DNA of 64,000 bases, from positions 10,379 through 74,378 of the forward strand of contig JAVBLR010000011.1 of NCBI GenBank assembly GCA_031553395.1, in the 5' to 3' direction. Source of the DNA: Bacteroidales bacterium. GTDB lineage: Bacteria; Bacteroidota; Bacteroidia; Bacteroidales; WRGA01. Made by a program: the position numbers and the translations under genes. Under the pieces are notes generated by a model that worked only from the letters and a program-made list of their open reading frames with translations, was not told the DNA's origin and did no database searches. Shown one piece after another: positions 10,262 to 20,488 of this stretch; the stretch's first letter is position 1, and every line of letters starts with the position of its first letter.

Positions 10262-10735
10262 TTAATCAATCTCATTTTTAGGAATATTTATTTGTCTACG
10301 AAACGCCTCCTTAAATGAAATCAATGTCTCTGTACGAGATAATCCCAATGGTTGTAATTTGCTATGGATAATATTCAGCAAATCCAGATTATTCTTTGCA
10401 TATAGTTTTATAAACAAATCATATTGACCGGTAGTATAATGACATTCAACTACTTCCGGAATATTTTTCAATGCTTCAACTACATTTCCAAATTGCTCAG
10501 GATCTTTAAGATAAACCCCAATATATGCACAGGTTTCATATCCGATTTTATTTGTATCCACAATAAATTCAGAACCTTTTAGAATTCCCAGATTCGTTAG
10601 TTTTTGTATCCGTTGATGAATAGCAGCACCCGAAACTCCACATTCCCGTGCTACTTCCAAATAAGGAATCCGAGCATTTTCAATAATTTGTCCTAATATT
10701 TTTTCGTCAAGCGAATCTAACTGATATGCTTCCAT
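10262..10735 (-). CDS. asnC: Lrp/AsnC family transcriptional regulator
   Basis: LDSLDEKIL...ARIPYLEVARECGVSGAAIHQRIQKL HTH and IPEVVECHYTTGQYDLFIK RAM domain. Confidence 0.9.
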   Translation of the reverse strand: MEAYQLDSLDEKILGQIIENARIPYLEVARECGVSGAAIHQRIQKLTNLGILKGSEFIVDTNKIGYETCAYIGVYLKDPEQFGNVVEALKNIPEVVECHYTTGQYDLFIKLYAKNNLDLLNIIHSKLQPLGLSRTETLISFKEAFRRQINIPKNEID

Positions 10736-10898
10736 TGATTTTATTATTTGTATAAAAACCCCGGCTATTCATATAAACAACAACTTAAATATAGCATTTT
10801 AAAATAACCTTTTTATAAAATTGAATATTCCGCACAAAAATATATACTTTTTTCGAGAAATTTCTATAATAGTTTTCCGGACATCTAATTTTATCCGA

Positions 10899-12140
10899 TT
10901 AACGCACTTCAAGAATCGGAACCGCAACAGCATCTTCTGTCTCATCCATCACATTCATTCCATCTTGCGCCATACTTATTCCATATAATGTATCTTGTAT
11001 AAATACCAGTTCCCATTTTCCATTGCGCCAACAAGCTTTAAAAATCATCCCTGAAGAATTCTCATTTTGAGTAAATTCAATTCTAATTTCTGCAATAATT
11101 TGTTGGCTATATGACAAATATTTTTCATCAAAATTGCAATTATTGATTGAAATATCAATTGAATTGGGTTTAATACTAGATATATCATATTCACTCACAA
11201 TATTATCAATCAAATTTCCCCAAGCATTTTTCAACGTTTCTTCATATAAGAGATTGGGATTATTTCTATATCTATCGACTTCTTTCATAAGGTCTTCATC
11301 CTGATATGTATTTGCCATTTGTACTAATTGATCAACCCAGCCACCATATAAATTATTAAAATCAGTTTGGCTCATTATATCATTGTTCTTTTCATACTTG
11401 TTTTTTTGCTTTATCAAGTTCAATGTTTTTTCAGCAAATTTTTCAGCCCAAACGATATATTCCCCTTCTTTGGTATTCACTTTTGGTTGATATTCCGTAT
11501 TATAATCAATACTCATTTTCTTATAATCATTATCAGATAAATCATATACTTCAAATCTTTTGACCTTGTAAGGATAAGTCGATTCTTCATTTTCAGCATA
11601 TAAAAGAAAATACGGCACAAAGTCCATGACTATCCATTTATCCTCCTTCCACCATGCATAAAAAGCAAATGCAAATTCTTTACCTCTATAACTTATCGTA
11701 CTGTAGATCATTGTTGTATAAAAAGGCTCTTCACCGGGTATTTCCTTTGGTTGGATTTCATAAAATGTATTCTTATAAGTTGCCGTTTTCTCGTCCATTC
11801 CAATGGCTTTTGCAATTCTCAGAAAGAAATCCCATTTGTGAGAAAAAGATTCGTCATAGGCTAATGCTAATAATTTTTCTGTTTCTTGCTCGATAGTTTC
11901 AGAAGCCGCGGCTTCAACAGGTAGTAAGTATTCCAATTCATTCAATGGAACTTTTCTCAATAAATTGATATATGTTTCCTTATCCGGAATGCTCGTTGAT
12001 GCTGATAATGGAGCTTTATGCAAAAGTATTTCGGCAAGTTCTTTTCCTATCGAATCTGGAACTAAAAAACAACCGGATTGCGCTTTTATTGTGCTTGATA
12101 TCAACAAGAAATATAAAAGATAAAAATATGATTTTCTCAT
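10899..12140 (-). CDS. Hypothetical secreted protein with probable internal domain duplication
   Basis: 413 aa; Sec signal ending TIKA-Q; two similar strand motifs (FYAWWKEDKWIV / FKACWRNGKWELV); no family recognised. Confidence 0.75.
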   Translation of the reverse strand: MRKSYFYLLYFLLISSTIKAQSGCFLVPDSIGKELAEILLHKAPLSASTSIPDKETYINLLRKVPLNELEYLLPVEAAASETIEQETEKLLALAYDESFSHKWDFFLRIAKAIGMDEKTATYKNTFYEIQPKEIPGEEPFYTTMIYSTISYRGKEFAFAFYAWWKEDKWIVMDFVPYFLLYAENEESTYPYKVKRFEVYDLSDNDYKKMSIDYNTEYQPKVNTKEGEYIVWAEKFAEKTLNLIKQKNKYEKNNDIMSQTDFNNLYGGWVDQLVQMANTYQDEDLMKEVDRYRNNPNLLYEETLKNAWGNLIDNIVSEYDISSIKPNSIDISINNCNFDEKYLSYSQQIIAEIRIEFTQNENSSGMIFKACWRNGKWELVFIQDTLYGISMAQDGMNVMDETEDAVAVPILEVR

Positions 12141-12321
12141 TCTTTTAGTCTTATTAGTTTATATCTATTTTAACAAGGTCCAAATGTAAAAGATTTTGAT
12201 ACGACTACCAACTTACCCAATAAAAAACTTCCAAGCCAATTTGACCGGAAGTTTTATAAAATATGAAGTTCATATACTCATATTATCAACCATCTAGATG
12301 ATTTATAATAAACACATTATA

Positions 12322-12786
12322 TCACGTGTAAAATTGTTCCGTCATATCCACCATTATTTCATTCTCGATGCTATAGAACCGTTGATTGGTAAATACTGAA
12401 TCTAATCCACCCAAATGTTCAATGTATGGGCCTAATTTGATAAAATTAAAATATTGCAAATTACAATCTTCAGGTAAATACTGCTTGCCTGAATACCACG
12501 CTGTTTTGATACGATCATCGGTTATTTTTCGCAGAAAAACCAACAAACGTTCTACTTCCTGTGGTTCGGAATCACCCCCCATAAAACAAACACAAGTAAT
12601 AGCATTCTTGTATTTTTCAAGTAATCCTATCAGTACATTTTCATCTAATAATTCACCTGTATCTTCCATCAAATACGGACTATGACAACCTTTACATCCA
12701 TTAGGACAATTGGTCAGATTTATTGCCAGCGTTACTTCGTTCGGCACTTCCTGAAAAACAACATCATAATTGTGAAACCGTAGCAT
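12322..12786 (-). CDS. nrdG: Anaerobic ribonucleotide reductase activating protein
   Basis: CPNGCKGCHS radical-SAM CxxxCxxC; overlaps the nrdD 3' end by 23 nt. Confidence 0.95.
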   Translation of the reverse strand: MLRFHNYDVVFQEVPNEVTLAINLTNCPNGCKGCHSPYLMEDTGELLDENVLIGLLEKYKNAITCVCFMGGDSEPQEVERLLVFLRKITDDRIKTAWYSGKQYLPEDCNLQYFNFIKLGPYIEHLGGLDSVFTNQRFYSIENEIMVDMTEQFYT

Positions 12787-14854
12787 AGTGTCGTCGTTCG
12801 GCCTCCTCCTGCCGTGGTTGTGAAAAATTACTGACCCGTTTCATGTAACCGATAACGCGAGTCAAATAATCCAGATTTTGGCTTTTACATGAGGGGCATT
12901 CTTTCAGATTGTGTTTATCAATGTGTCCACAGTCGTTACAAACAGTATTAGGAATATTAAACGTGAAATAATTACAACCTTCTTTTGTCGCTACCCTCAA
13001 CAACTGTTTGTATTGTTCTTTACTCAAATGTTCTTCCAAATTCAAATGCAAGGCGGAACCTCCTGTCAGATGCTCGATATACTTCTTTCCGTGCAAGTGA
13101 AACTTGTCTATTATATTCAACGATTCATCTTCCACAATATAAAAATAACTATTATAGCAATCACGTTTTACCATATATCCGTCGCGTTTGTCCCATTTAG
13201 CATGTTTTACACCTACGTTTTCGGCGGGAATCATTTCGCAATTGAACATTACTTCTTTTGTCCAGTATTTCTTATTGTAACGTTCGATCAGTCCGAGTAC
13301 CTGCTGAACAAAGCTTTCATATTTGGGATTGTCGTTGATTTCAATTCCAAGAAATTCTGCAGCTTCTACTAAGCCATTCACACCAATGGTAAGGTATTGC
13401 CGATTAAGATTGATATATCCGGCATCAAACAAAGGCAACATTCCTTTTTCCTGCATGTATTTCAGGTTCTCATTGTATGAGAGTTGTACCTTATGTACCA
13501 AATCAACGACTTCCTCAAGAAAAAATTGATAAAGTATTCCTTTACGAACAGCGTGTTGAATGCATCGATTTAGATTGATAGTCAATACACTTTTCGAACC
13601 TGTGGAAACTCCTCCTGCTCCCAATGTATAACTGAATCCATTATCTTGAATTTCATTGCGAAGACGACAACAACTGCTCAACGAATCGGCGTTATTGCTC
13701 ATATAGGTAAAAAACGAATGTCCTTCCGAATACATTTCAGCAGTAAAATTGCCATATTCCTTATCTTTAGGTTCTCCGTTTTCTGTTAACAGAGCCATTG
13801 TTTCAACAGGGAAAGTTAGCACAGAACGGGTACGTTCCCGGTTAAACCATTTCATAAAGCGTTTTTGAAGCCAACTAATGGATTCCCAATCAGGTTTACT
13901 TCCATCAGGAAATATAAAATTTTCAAACAGGCTTTCAAAATAATAACGATCATAATATGAGATATTCCAAAATACTGCCTGAAAGTTTCTTGCACCCGTA
14001 GGTTGGTTGATAGAATAAACGATTTGTTCAAAATGGTCGGTAATTACTTTGTCTAACGTACGTTGTTTTTTCGATAAATCAACAACTTTATCAGCATGTA
14101 AATAATAATCCTGACCATATTCCAAACCGATGAAATAATTCATGTACATTAAAAATTCGGGCGTAGCACAAGCTCCGCTCAACATGCTGGAAACCATAAA
14201 AACCATATTCACAAACCCACCACAGAACGACCTCAGATTGGTTGGAGCTTTCGAATTTCCACCGATTGAGTTTGTGCCACCAATCAACCAAGGGTACATA
14301 GTAATACTGGCGCAATAGTTGGCTAAACTGGTTTCGTCGTTTTTGTAGATATAGTGATCATTGAGCAAGTCGACATACCTGTCGGCCACTTCTTTGCCAA
14401 ACATTTCTTTTATTCGGTCGGTCAACATCCGGCGGTTGAGCCGGATAAAATTAGATTTGGGCAATTCACCAATAAGCGTGGCCATGTTTTTGTTCTCCAC
14501 ATTCGCATTCGCATCAAACTTGCTACCCGAAGCCGCATTTGAAGCATCACAGTAATCCATCAGAAATTTAAGTTTGTCACGGATTTCGCGGTCTTCCAAA
14601 TGCTTTTGCCTGTAAAGCATATAAGCTTTAGCTACAGCATAATACCTTTCGGCCATTAGAGCCATTTCCACCTGATTCTGAACTTCTTCTACGGTGATAT
14701 CATTTGTGATATTCACACGGCACAGAATATTACTGATTACATCCTGCGTGGCAAAACTTCCGACCGACAAAAATGCTTTCGATATGGCATTTTTGATTTT
14801 CTCAATGGAAAAAACCTCTTTTTTTCCGTCTCTTTTGACAATTAATACTTCCAT
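12764..14854 (-). CDS. nrdD: Anaerobic (class III) ribonucleoside-triphosphate reductase
   Basis: N-terminal ATP cone (IVKRDG), SSCCRL, C-terminal CNDC..CPSC zinc site and glycyl-radical RVIGY. Confidence 0.96.
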   Translation of the reverse strand: MEVLIVKRDGKKEVFSIEKIKNAISKAFLSVGSFATQDVISNILCRVNITNDITVEEVQNQVEMALMAERYYAVAKAYMLYRQKHLEDREIRDKLKFLMDYCDASNAASGSKFDANANVENKNMATLIGELPKSNFIRLNRRMLTDRIKEMFGKEVADRYVDLLNDHYIYKNDETSLANYCASITMYPWLIGGTNSIGGNSKAPTNLRSFCGGFVNMVFMVSSMLSGACATPEFLMYMNYFIGLEYGQDYYLHADKVVDLSKKQRTLDKVITDHFEQIVYSINQPTGARNFQAVFWNISYYDRYYFESLFENFIFPDGSKPDWESISWLQKRFMKWFNRERTRSVLTFPVETMALLTENGEPKDKEYGNFTAEMYSEGHSFFTYMSNNADSLSSCCRLRNEIQDNGFSYTLGAGGVSTGSKSVLTINLNRCIQHAVRKGILYQFFLEEVVDLVHKVQLSYNENLKYMQEKGMLPLFDAGYINLNRQYLTIGVNGLVEAAEFLGIEINDNPKYESFVQQVLGLIERYNKKYWTKEVMFNCEMIPAENVGVKHAKWDKRDGYMVKRDCYNSYFYIVEDESLNIIDKFHLHGKKYIEHLTGGSALHLNLEEHLSKEQYKQLLRVATKEGCNYFTFNIPNTVCNDCGHIDKHNLKECPSCKSQNLDYLTRVIGYMKRVSNFSQPRQEEAERRHYATVSQL

Positions 14855-14959
14855 GACAACCTGTTAAATGAATTCTTTAAACAAAACATAAGAGGAAAAA
14901 GGATACGAAAAGATGGGTTGAAGAAATACTTTGTTGAGATAATTAAAACCCGTCCTGTG

Positions 14960-15168
14960 TCGCCTTTCACCCGAAAGCCCCAGTATATATATAACATCAG
15001 GCAGGTCTTCTGACTTGTTCCAGAAAGTGCGCCTTCCCATCGAAATTGACAGTGGCTAAGGATGCACTCCTTTTTGTGAAACTTACAGCTACGGGGATAG
15101 TTCCTGGTTTTCACAGGATTCCCTTTTTAATCTCAATTGCGTTTGACTGCAACTATGAGAACCAAATG
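14960..15168 (-). promoter_or_regulatory. Cobalamin riboswitch upstream of nrdD
   Basis: Minus strand: TTGGTTCTC...TTAAAAAGGGAATCCTGTGAAAACCAGGAACTATCCCCGTAGCTGTAAG...GCCACTG...TGGGAAGGC...AAGTCAGAAGACCTGCC (B12 box), plus downstream P13-like hairpin GCTTTCGGGTGAAAG; -7 box TACCTTTG at 15176-15183. Confidence 0.95.
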
Positions 15169-15282
15169 TTAGCTGCAAAGGTAAAACTTATTTTATCTTT
15201 AATCATTAAATTGGCTATAAGTTATTAACAAGATTCAAAATCAAATCAACTTATATAAAAATATCAGCAAAATAACAGCCCA

Positions 15283-15324
15283 TAAAAAAAGTGCCTGATT
15301 TTGTTTAATCAGGCACTTTTTTAT
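15283..15324 (-). terminator. Intrinsic terminator after nifJ
   Basis: aaaaaagtgcctgatt-ttgttt-aatcaggcactttttt. Confidence 0.85.
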
Positions 15325-15345
15325 TTAGGCAATATTCAATAAATT

Positions 15346-18300
15346 TTAAGCATTTTCGCCATATTGCATTTCTGTCATTCTCTTATAACCTGCCAAACGC
15401 CATTTAGCATTTTCTTCGGTTACTTTGAAAAGTTCAACGGCTTCTTCCGGATATTGTTTCATCAAAGAAGCAAAACGAACTTCGCTCTTCAAGAAATCTT
15501 GGAACTTACTCCAATCTGGGTCTTTTGAATCCAATTGGAACGGATTTTTACCTTCAGTTTCCAATCTTGGGTCGAAACGCCACAAATGCCAGTATCCACA
15601 TTCTACAGCAGATTTTGACTCAGCTTGAGCTTTACCCATACCTTTTCTCAAACCATGATTGATACAAGGAGAGTATGCAATTACGATAGATGGTCCATCG
15701 TATTCTTCAGCTTCGCGAATAGCTTTCAATGTTTGAGCTTGATTTGCTCCCATCGCAATTTGAGCAACATATACATATCCGTAAGTTGTTGCAATCATAC
15801 CCAAATCTTTCTTGCGGATTCTTTTTCCTGCAGCAGCAAACTTAGCCACAGCACCTACTGGAGTAGATTTAGAAGACTGACCTCCGGTATTTGAATAAAC
15901 TTCGGTATCAACTACCAAAATATTCACATTTTGTCCGGAAGCAATTACATGGTCTAATCCACCGAAACCGATATCATAAGCCCAGCCGTCACCACCGATA
16001 ATCCATTGCGAACGTTTTACAAAGAAATGTTTCAATGCGAACAATTGCTTGCAAATATCACAATTGCATTTTTCGATCATCGGAACCAATTTATCTGTAA
16101 CTTCCCTTGTTTTGACTGCACTTTTACGATTGTCAATCCATTCTTGGAACAATACTTTCATATCAGCAGAACAATCAGCGCAATTCAAACCGTCTTTCAT
16201 CAAACGTTCAACACGGTCGCGCATTTTTTCGGTACCGATATTCATACCTAAACCGTATTCCGCATTATCTTCAAACAATGAATTTGCCCAAGCTGGACCA
16301 CGTCCTTCATCATTCTTGGTGTAAGGAGTAGAAGGAGCCGAACCCGAATAAATCGAAGTACATCCGGTAGCATTCGCAATCATTTGATGGTCTCCAAACA
16401 ATTGAGAAATCAATTTAACATAAGGAGTTTCACCGCAACCTGCACAAGCTCCGGAGAATTCAAACAATGGAGTTGCAAACTGAGAATTCTTCACATTCAA
16501 TGAAGTATCTACCAAATGTTGTTTTGTTTTTACTTCTTTCGTGCAGAAATCCCAATTAGCTTGATTATCATATTGTGATTCAATAGGCATCATTTCAAGC
16601 GCTTTTCCGTTTTTGTTACCCGGACAAACATCAGGACAGTTACCGCAACCCATACAATCCAATACATCTACTTGGATACGGAATTGCATACCATCGAATT
16701 GTTTACCTTGTGCTTTCAATGCTGTCATTCCTGCAGGAGCTTTTGCTTGTTCGGCTGCATCCAACACAAACGGACGAATAGCAGCGTGAGGACAAACATA
16801 CGCACATTGGTTACATTGAATACAATTTTCAGGAATCCAAACAGGAACATGACTGGCAACACCACGTTTTTCATATGTAGTTGTACCTTGATCCCAAGTT
16901 CCGTCTTCACGGCCTGTAAAAGCAGATACAGGAAGATCATCTCCTGCTTGTGCATTTACCGGACGAACAACTTTTGCAATAAATTCAGGAACATTTGTAT
17001 CTGCTTTTTCGCCTTCAACCTTAATATTAGCCCATTCAGCAGGAACATCAACTTTAACTACATCACCACCACGATCTACAGCAGCATAGTTCATATTTAC
17101 AATGTCTTCTCCTTTTTTGCCATAAGACTTCACAATGAATTTTTTCATTTGTTCTACAGCCAAATCATAAGGAATCACACCTGTAATTTTGAAGAATGCC
17201 GATTGAAGAATTGTATTTGTTCTGTTACCCAAACCAATTTCTTCTGCAATACCAGTTGCATTGATGATATAGAAATTGATATTATTTGCCGCCAAATACT
17301 TTTTCACATTATCGGGCAAATGTTTTTTCACTTCTTCTGCATTCCAAATAGTATTCAAAAGGAATGTTCCGCCTTTTTTCAATCCTTTGGTTACATCATA
17401 CAAACGAAGATAAGCCTGAACGTGACATGCTACAAAGTCAGGTGTGTTTACCAAATAAGTCGAACGAATAGGATTATCCCCGAAACGCAAGTGAGAACAA
17501 GTGAAACCACCTGATTTCTTTGAGTCATAAGAGAAATATGCTTGAGAATATTTATCTGTATTATCACCAATAATTTTGATAGAGTTTTTGTTGGCACCCA
17601 CAGTACCATCAGCACCTAATCCGTAGAATTTAGCTTCAAAAGGGCCTCCGTCGAATGCCAATTCTTCTTTCTGAGGAAGAGAAGTGAAAGTTACATCGTC
17701 AACAATACCAATTGTAAATCCATTTTTAGGTTCTGGTAATTGCAAGTTTTCGTAAACTGCCAAAATCTGAGCAGGAGTTGTATCTTTAGAAGACAAGCCA
17801 TAACGGCCACCTACGATAGTAGGTTCTTCTTTTGAACCATAGAAACAATCTTTTACATCTAGGTAAAGAGGTTCTCCGGTAGCTCCCGGTTCTTTAGTTC
17901 TATCTAATACAGCAATTCTCTTTGCAGTTTTAGGAACAGCAGCCAAGAAATGTTTTGCAGAGAAAGGACGATATAAATGAACTGAAACCAATCCAACTTT
18001 TTCACCTTTTTTATTTAAGTAGTCTATAGTTTCCTTAATAGCTTCGGTAACCGAACCCATTGCAATAATTACACGATCAGCATCTGCAGCTCCGTAATAA
18101 TCAAATAAACCATATTTACGTCCAACTAATGTACTCAATTGATTTACATATTCTTCAACAATTCCCACAACTTTGTCATAGTAAACATTTGAAGCCTCAC
18201 GAGCTTGGAAATAAATATCAGGATTCTCAGCCATACCACGAGCCACTGGATTTTCAGGATTCAGTGCACGTTCGCGGAATTCAGCCAATGCTTTTTGATC

Positions 18301-18891
18301 AATAAGCGGAGCCAAATCTTCATTTTCCAACATTTCGATTTTTTGAATCTCATGAGAAGTACGGAATCCATCAAAGAAATGCACAAAAGGAACACGCGAT
18401 TTAATAGCAGCCAAATGAGCCACAGCAGCCAAATCCATTACTTCTTGTACCGAACCTGTTGCGAACATAGCACAACCAGTTTGACGAACAGCCATAACAT
18501 CTTGATGGTCTCCAAAGATAGAAAGGGCATGAGAAGCCAACGCACGAGCCGAAACATGATAAACACCTGGAAGTAATTCTCCGGCCACTTTATACATATT
18601 CGGGATCATCAACAACAAACCTTGAGAAGCTGTAAATGTTGTACTTAATGTACCGGCTTGTAATGAGCCATGCATAGCACCGGCAGCACCGGCTTCCGAT
18701 TGCATTTCATCTACACGCACTGTTTCTCCGAAAATATTTTTTCTTCCGGAAGCAGCCCATTCATCAACATACTCCGCCATTGTCGAAGAAGGAGTGATAG
18801 GATAAATCGAAGCTGTTTCGCTGAACATATAAGAAATATGCGCAGCAGCCTGATTACCATCACATGTTAAAAATTTTTTTTGCTTTGCCAT
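15346..18891 (-). CDS. nifJ: Pyruvate:ferredoxin (flavodoxin) oxidoreductase
   Basis: YPITPSS, EMQSEAGAAG, two CxxCxxCxxxCP ferredoxin motifs, GACAGCGE, GGDGWAYDIG TPP motif. Confidence 0.98.
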   Translation of the reverse strand: MAKQKKFLTCDGNQAAAHISYMFSETASIYPITPSSTMAEYVDEWAASGRKNIFGETVRVDEMQSEAGAAGAMHGSLQAGTLSTTFTASQGLLLMIPNMYKVAGELLPGVYHVSARALASHALSIFGDHQDVMAVRQTGCAMFATGSVQEVMDLAAVAHLAAIKSRVPFVHFFDGFRTSHEIQKIEMLENEDLAPLIDQKALAEFRERALNPENPVARGMAENPDIYFQAREASNVYYDKVVGIVEEYVNQLSTLVGRKYGLFDYYGAADADRVIIAMGSVTEAIKETIDYLNKKGEKVGLVSVHLYRPFSAKHFLAAVPKTAKRIAVLDRTKEPGATGEPLYLDVKDCFYGSKEEPTIVGGRYGLSSKDTTPAQILAVYENLQLPEPKNGFTIGIVDDVTFTSLPQKEELAFDGGPFEAKFYGLGADGTVGANKNSIKIIGDNTDKYSQAYFSYDSKKSGGFTCSHLRFGDNPIRSTYLVNTPDFVACHVQAYLRLYDVTKGLKKGGTFLLNTIWNAEEVKKHLPDNVKKYLAANNINFYIINATGIAEEIGLGNRTNTILQSAFFKITGVIPYDLAVEQMKKFIVKSYGKKGEDIVNMNYAAVDRGGDVVKVDVPAEWANIKVEGEKADTNVPEFIAKVVRPVNAQAGDDLPVSAFTGREDGTWDQGTTTYEKRGVASHVPVWIPENCIQCNQCAYVCPHAAIRPFVLDAAEQAKAPAGMTALKAQGKQFDGMQFRIQVDVLDCMGCGNCPDVCPGNKNGKALEMMPIESQYDNQANWDFCTKEVKTKQHLVDTSLNVKNSQFATPLFEFSGACAGCGETPYVKLISQLFGDHQMIANATGCTSIYSGSAPSTPYTKNDEGRGPAWANSLFEDNAEYGLGMNIGTEKMRDRVERLMKDGLNCADCSADMKVLFQEWIDNRKSAVKTREVTDKLVPMIEKCNCDICKQLFALKHFFVKRSQWIIGGDGWAYDIGFGGLDHVIASGQNVNILVVDTEVYSNTGGQSSKSTPVGAVAKFAAAGKRIRKKDLGMIATTYGYVYVAQIAMGANQAQTLKAIREAEEYDGPSIVIAYSPCINHGLRKGMGKAQAESKSAVECGYWHLWRFDPRLETEGKNPFQLDSKDPDWSKFQDFLKSEVRFASLMKQYPEEAVELFKVTEENAKWRLAGYKRMTEMQYGENA

Positions 18892-18979
18892 ACAGTTTAA
18901 GAAATTGAAAATTTATTTAATTTAGTAAAATAATTTTAACGCAAAAGGTAAAAAAAGAGAATCTGTCTTAATTCTTAAT

Positions 18980-20158
18980 TTAATATAAGAAACCAAAAAG
19001 CCACAAAGGAATCACATTATCATCATCCCCTGTAACCTTATCTACCACATAATAAATATCTTTATTATTCTTTTTTGGAAAATCCGTTTCAATTGAAAAA
19101 TTATATTTTTTATCTACTAAGAAATCAGAACTCTTCACTCCTTTATTTAAGATGTAGTCCTTATGTAGAATATTATAAAAGAAAGTTTGCATTAAAGTCT
19201 GTCTATGAATCGCTTCTGTAGATACTGTGTACATCAAATTCGTATTGTGCATATATACCAACTCGGGCTTTTTAGGAAATTCTTCTCCATCAAAATACAG
19301 TGTATTCAGTAGACGGGCATCCTTCAAATACTTGATATAATTCATCACAGTTGCCCTGGAAGTAGCAATATCATTGCTTAACTGACTGATGTTAGGTGCA
19401 CATGGAGTATTTACAAGAAGCAAATATAACAACTTTTTTATCTTATTCAAACATTTTAAGTCCATTTGCTGAATAAGTAAAATATCTACTTCCAACATCA
19501 TGTTCATTGTTTTCAATAAATTTTCGGAAAAATTACGTTTTTCTAAAAAAAACGGATAATAACCATGATGTAAATAGTCCTGAAAATAGGCTAACGGTTT
19601 TACTTCCGATAAAATTTCCTCTGTGATTGTTGCATGATGTTGTAAAATATCTTCCAATGAATAAGCCCGAAATTTCTTTTTCGCCATCAAATTCAAATAT
19701 TCCCTGAAAGAAAATCCACGTAAATTATATGATTCAACCCTTCCCGACAATTCCGGATTTTCTTCCTTCAATCGCATTACGGAAGAACCCGAAAAAATAA
19801 TCTGTAAATCATGAAAATTGTCGTAACAATACCTCAATTCCGACGACCATTCGGGATACTTGAAAATTTGGTCAATTAACAGCACTTTACCACCTTTATG
19901 TCTGAATTCATCGGCAAAATCTACAATTGAACGGCTTGTAAAGTAAAAATTATTCAGGTTTATATATAAGCAAGAACGGTCATTCGCATCAAAATTATTC
20001 TTAGCATATTGAAGCAAAAAAGTAGTTTTCCCCACTCCCCTACTTCCTTTAATACCAATCAAACGGTTACTCCAATCAATTTCATTCATCAAGTAGCGTT
20101 CCACAGGCGATTGAACATGTTCTACAAGGTATTTATGTGTATTAAAAAATGCTTCCAC
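18980..20158 (-). CDS. AAA_14-type ATPase (AAA+/DUF4143-like)
   Basis: GSRGVGKTT Walker A, LLIDQIFKYPEW, FSGSS, HHGYYPF. Start moved to GTG 20158 because a -7 box TATATTTG (20183-20190) lies in the ORF-track extension. Confidence 0.85.
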   Translation of the reverse strand: MEAFFNTHKYLVEHVQSPVERYLMNEIDWSNRLIGIKGSRGVGKTTFLLQYAKNNFDANDRSCLYINLNNFYFTSRSIVDFADEFRHKGGKVLLIDQIFKYPEWSSELRYCYDNFHDLQIIFSGSSVMRLKEENPELSGRVESYNLRGFSFREYLNLMAKKKFRAYSLEDILQHHATITEEILSEVKPLAYFQDYLHHGYYPFFLEKRNFSENLLKTMNMMLEVDILLIQQMDLKCLNKIKKLLYLLLVNTPCAPNISQLSNDIATSRATVMNYIKYLKDARLLNTLYFDGEEFPKKPELVYMHNTNLMYTVSTEAIHRQTLMQTFFYNILHKDYILNKGVKSSDFLVDKKYNFSIETDFPKKNNKDIYYVVDKVTGDDDNVIPLWLFGFLY

Positions 20159-20488
20159 AAAATGTCTTCCTAAAATTCGGTACAAATATACATATAAAAA
20201 AAGAAATTTTGTAATCTCCACATTACAAAATAATAAAGTTTTTGTAAAATGGAGAAGACTTTTTTAATGTAAAAAGTAAAAGATAAAAGGTTACAGCGAG
20301 TATATTTCATCAATAGTTCCATTATTTGCTTTAACTTTTATACCTAATGTTAGGCAAATTACCAATATAGGACATCTTAAATATAAACAAGAAAGGCTTG
20401 AACTTTAGTTTTTATATTCTTTCTCCGGAGATATTTCAAAATTAATTATTACATTCGCAAGTGAAAACAATTACATTCAAATATAATT

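Noticed and set aside
14960-14980. GCTTTCG..AAAG hairpin shared downstream of both B12 riboswitches as a new motif
   Set aside because: Fits the expected P13 kissing-loop hairpin of cobalamin riboswitches
14842-15228. Small ORFs 14842..15114 and 15046..15228
   Set aside because: They overlap the cobalamin riboswitch and its promoter
16672-17514. 280-aa ORF antisense to nifJ, and similar antisense ORFs at 26071, 12911, 28210 and 53400
   Set aside because: Shadow frames of highly expressed or conserved genes with no recognisable motifs
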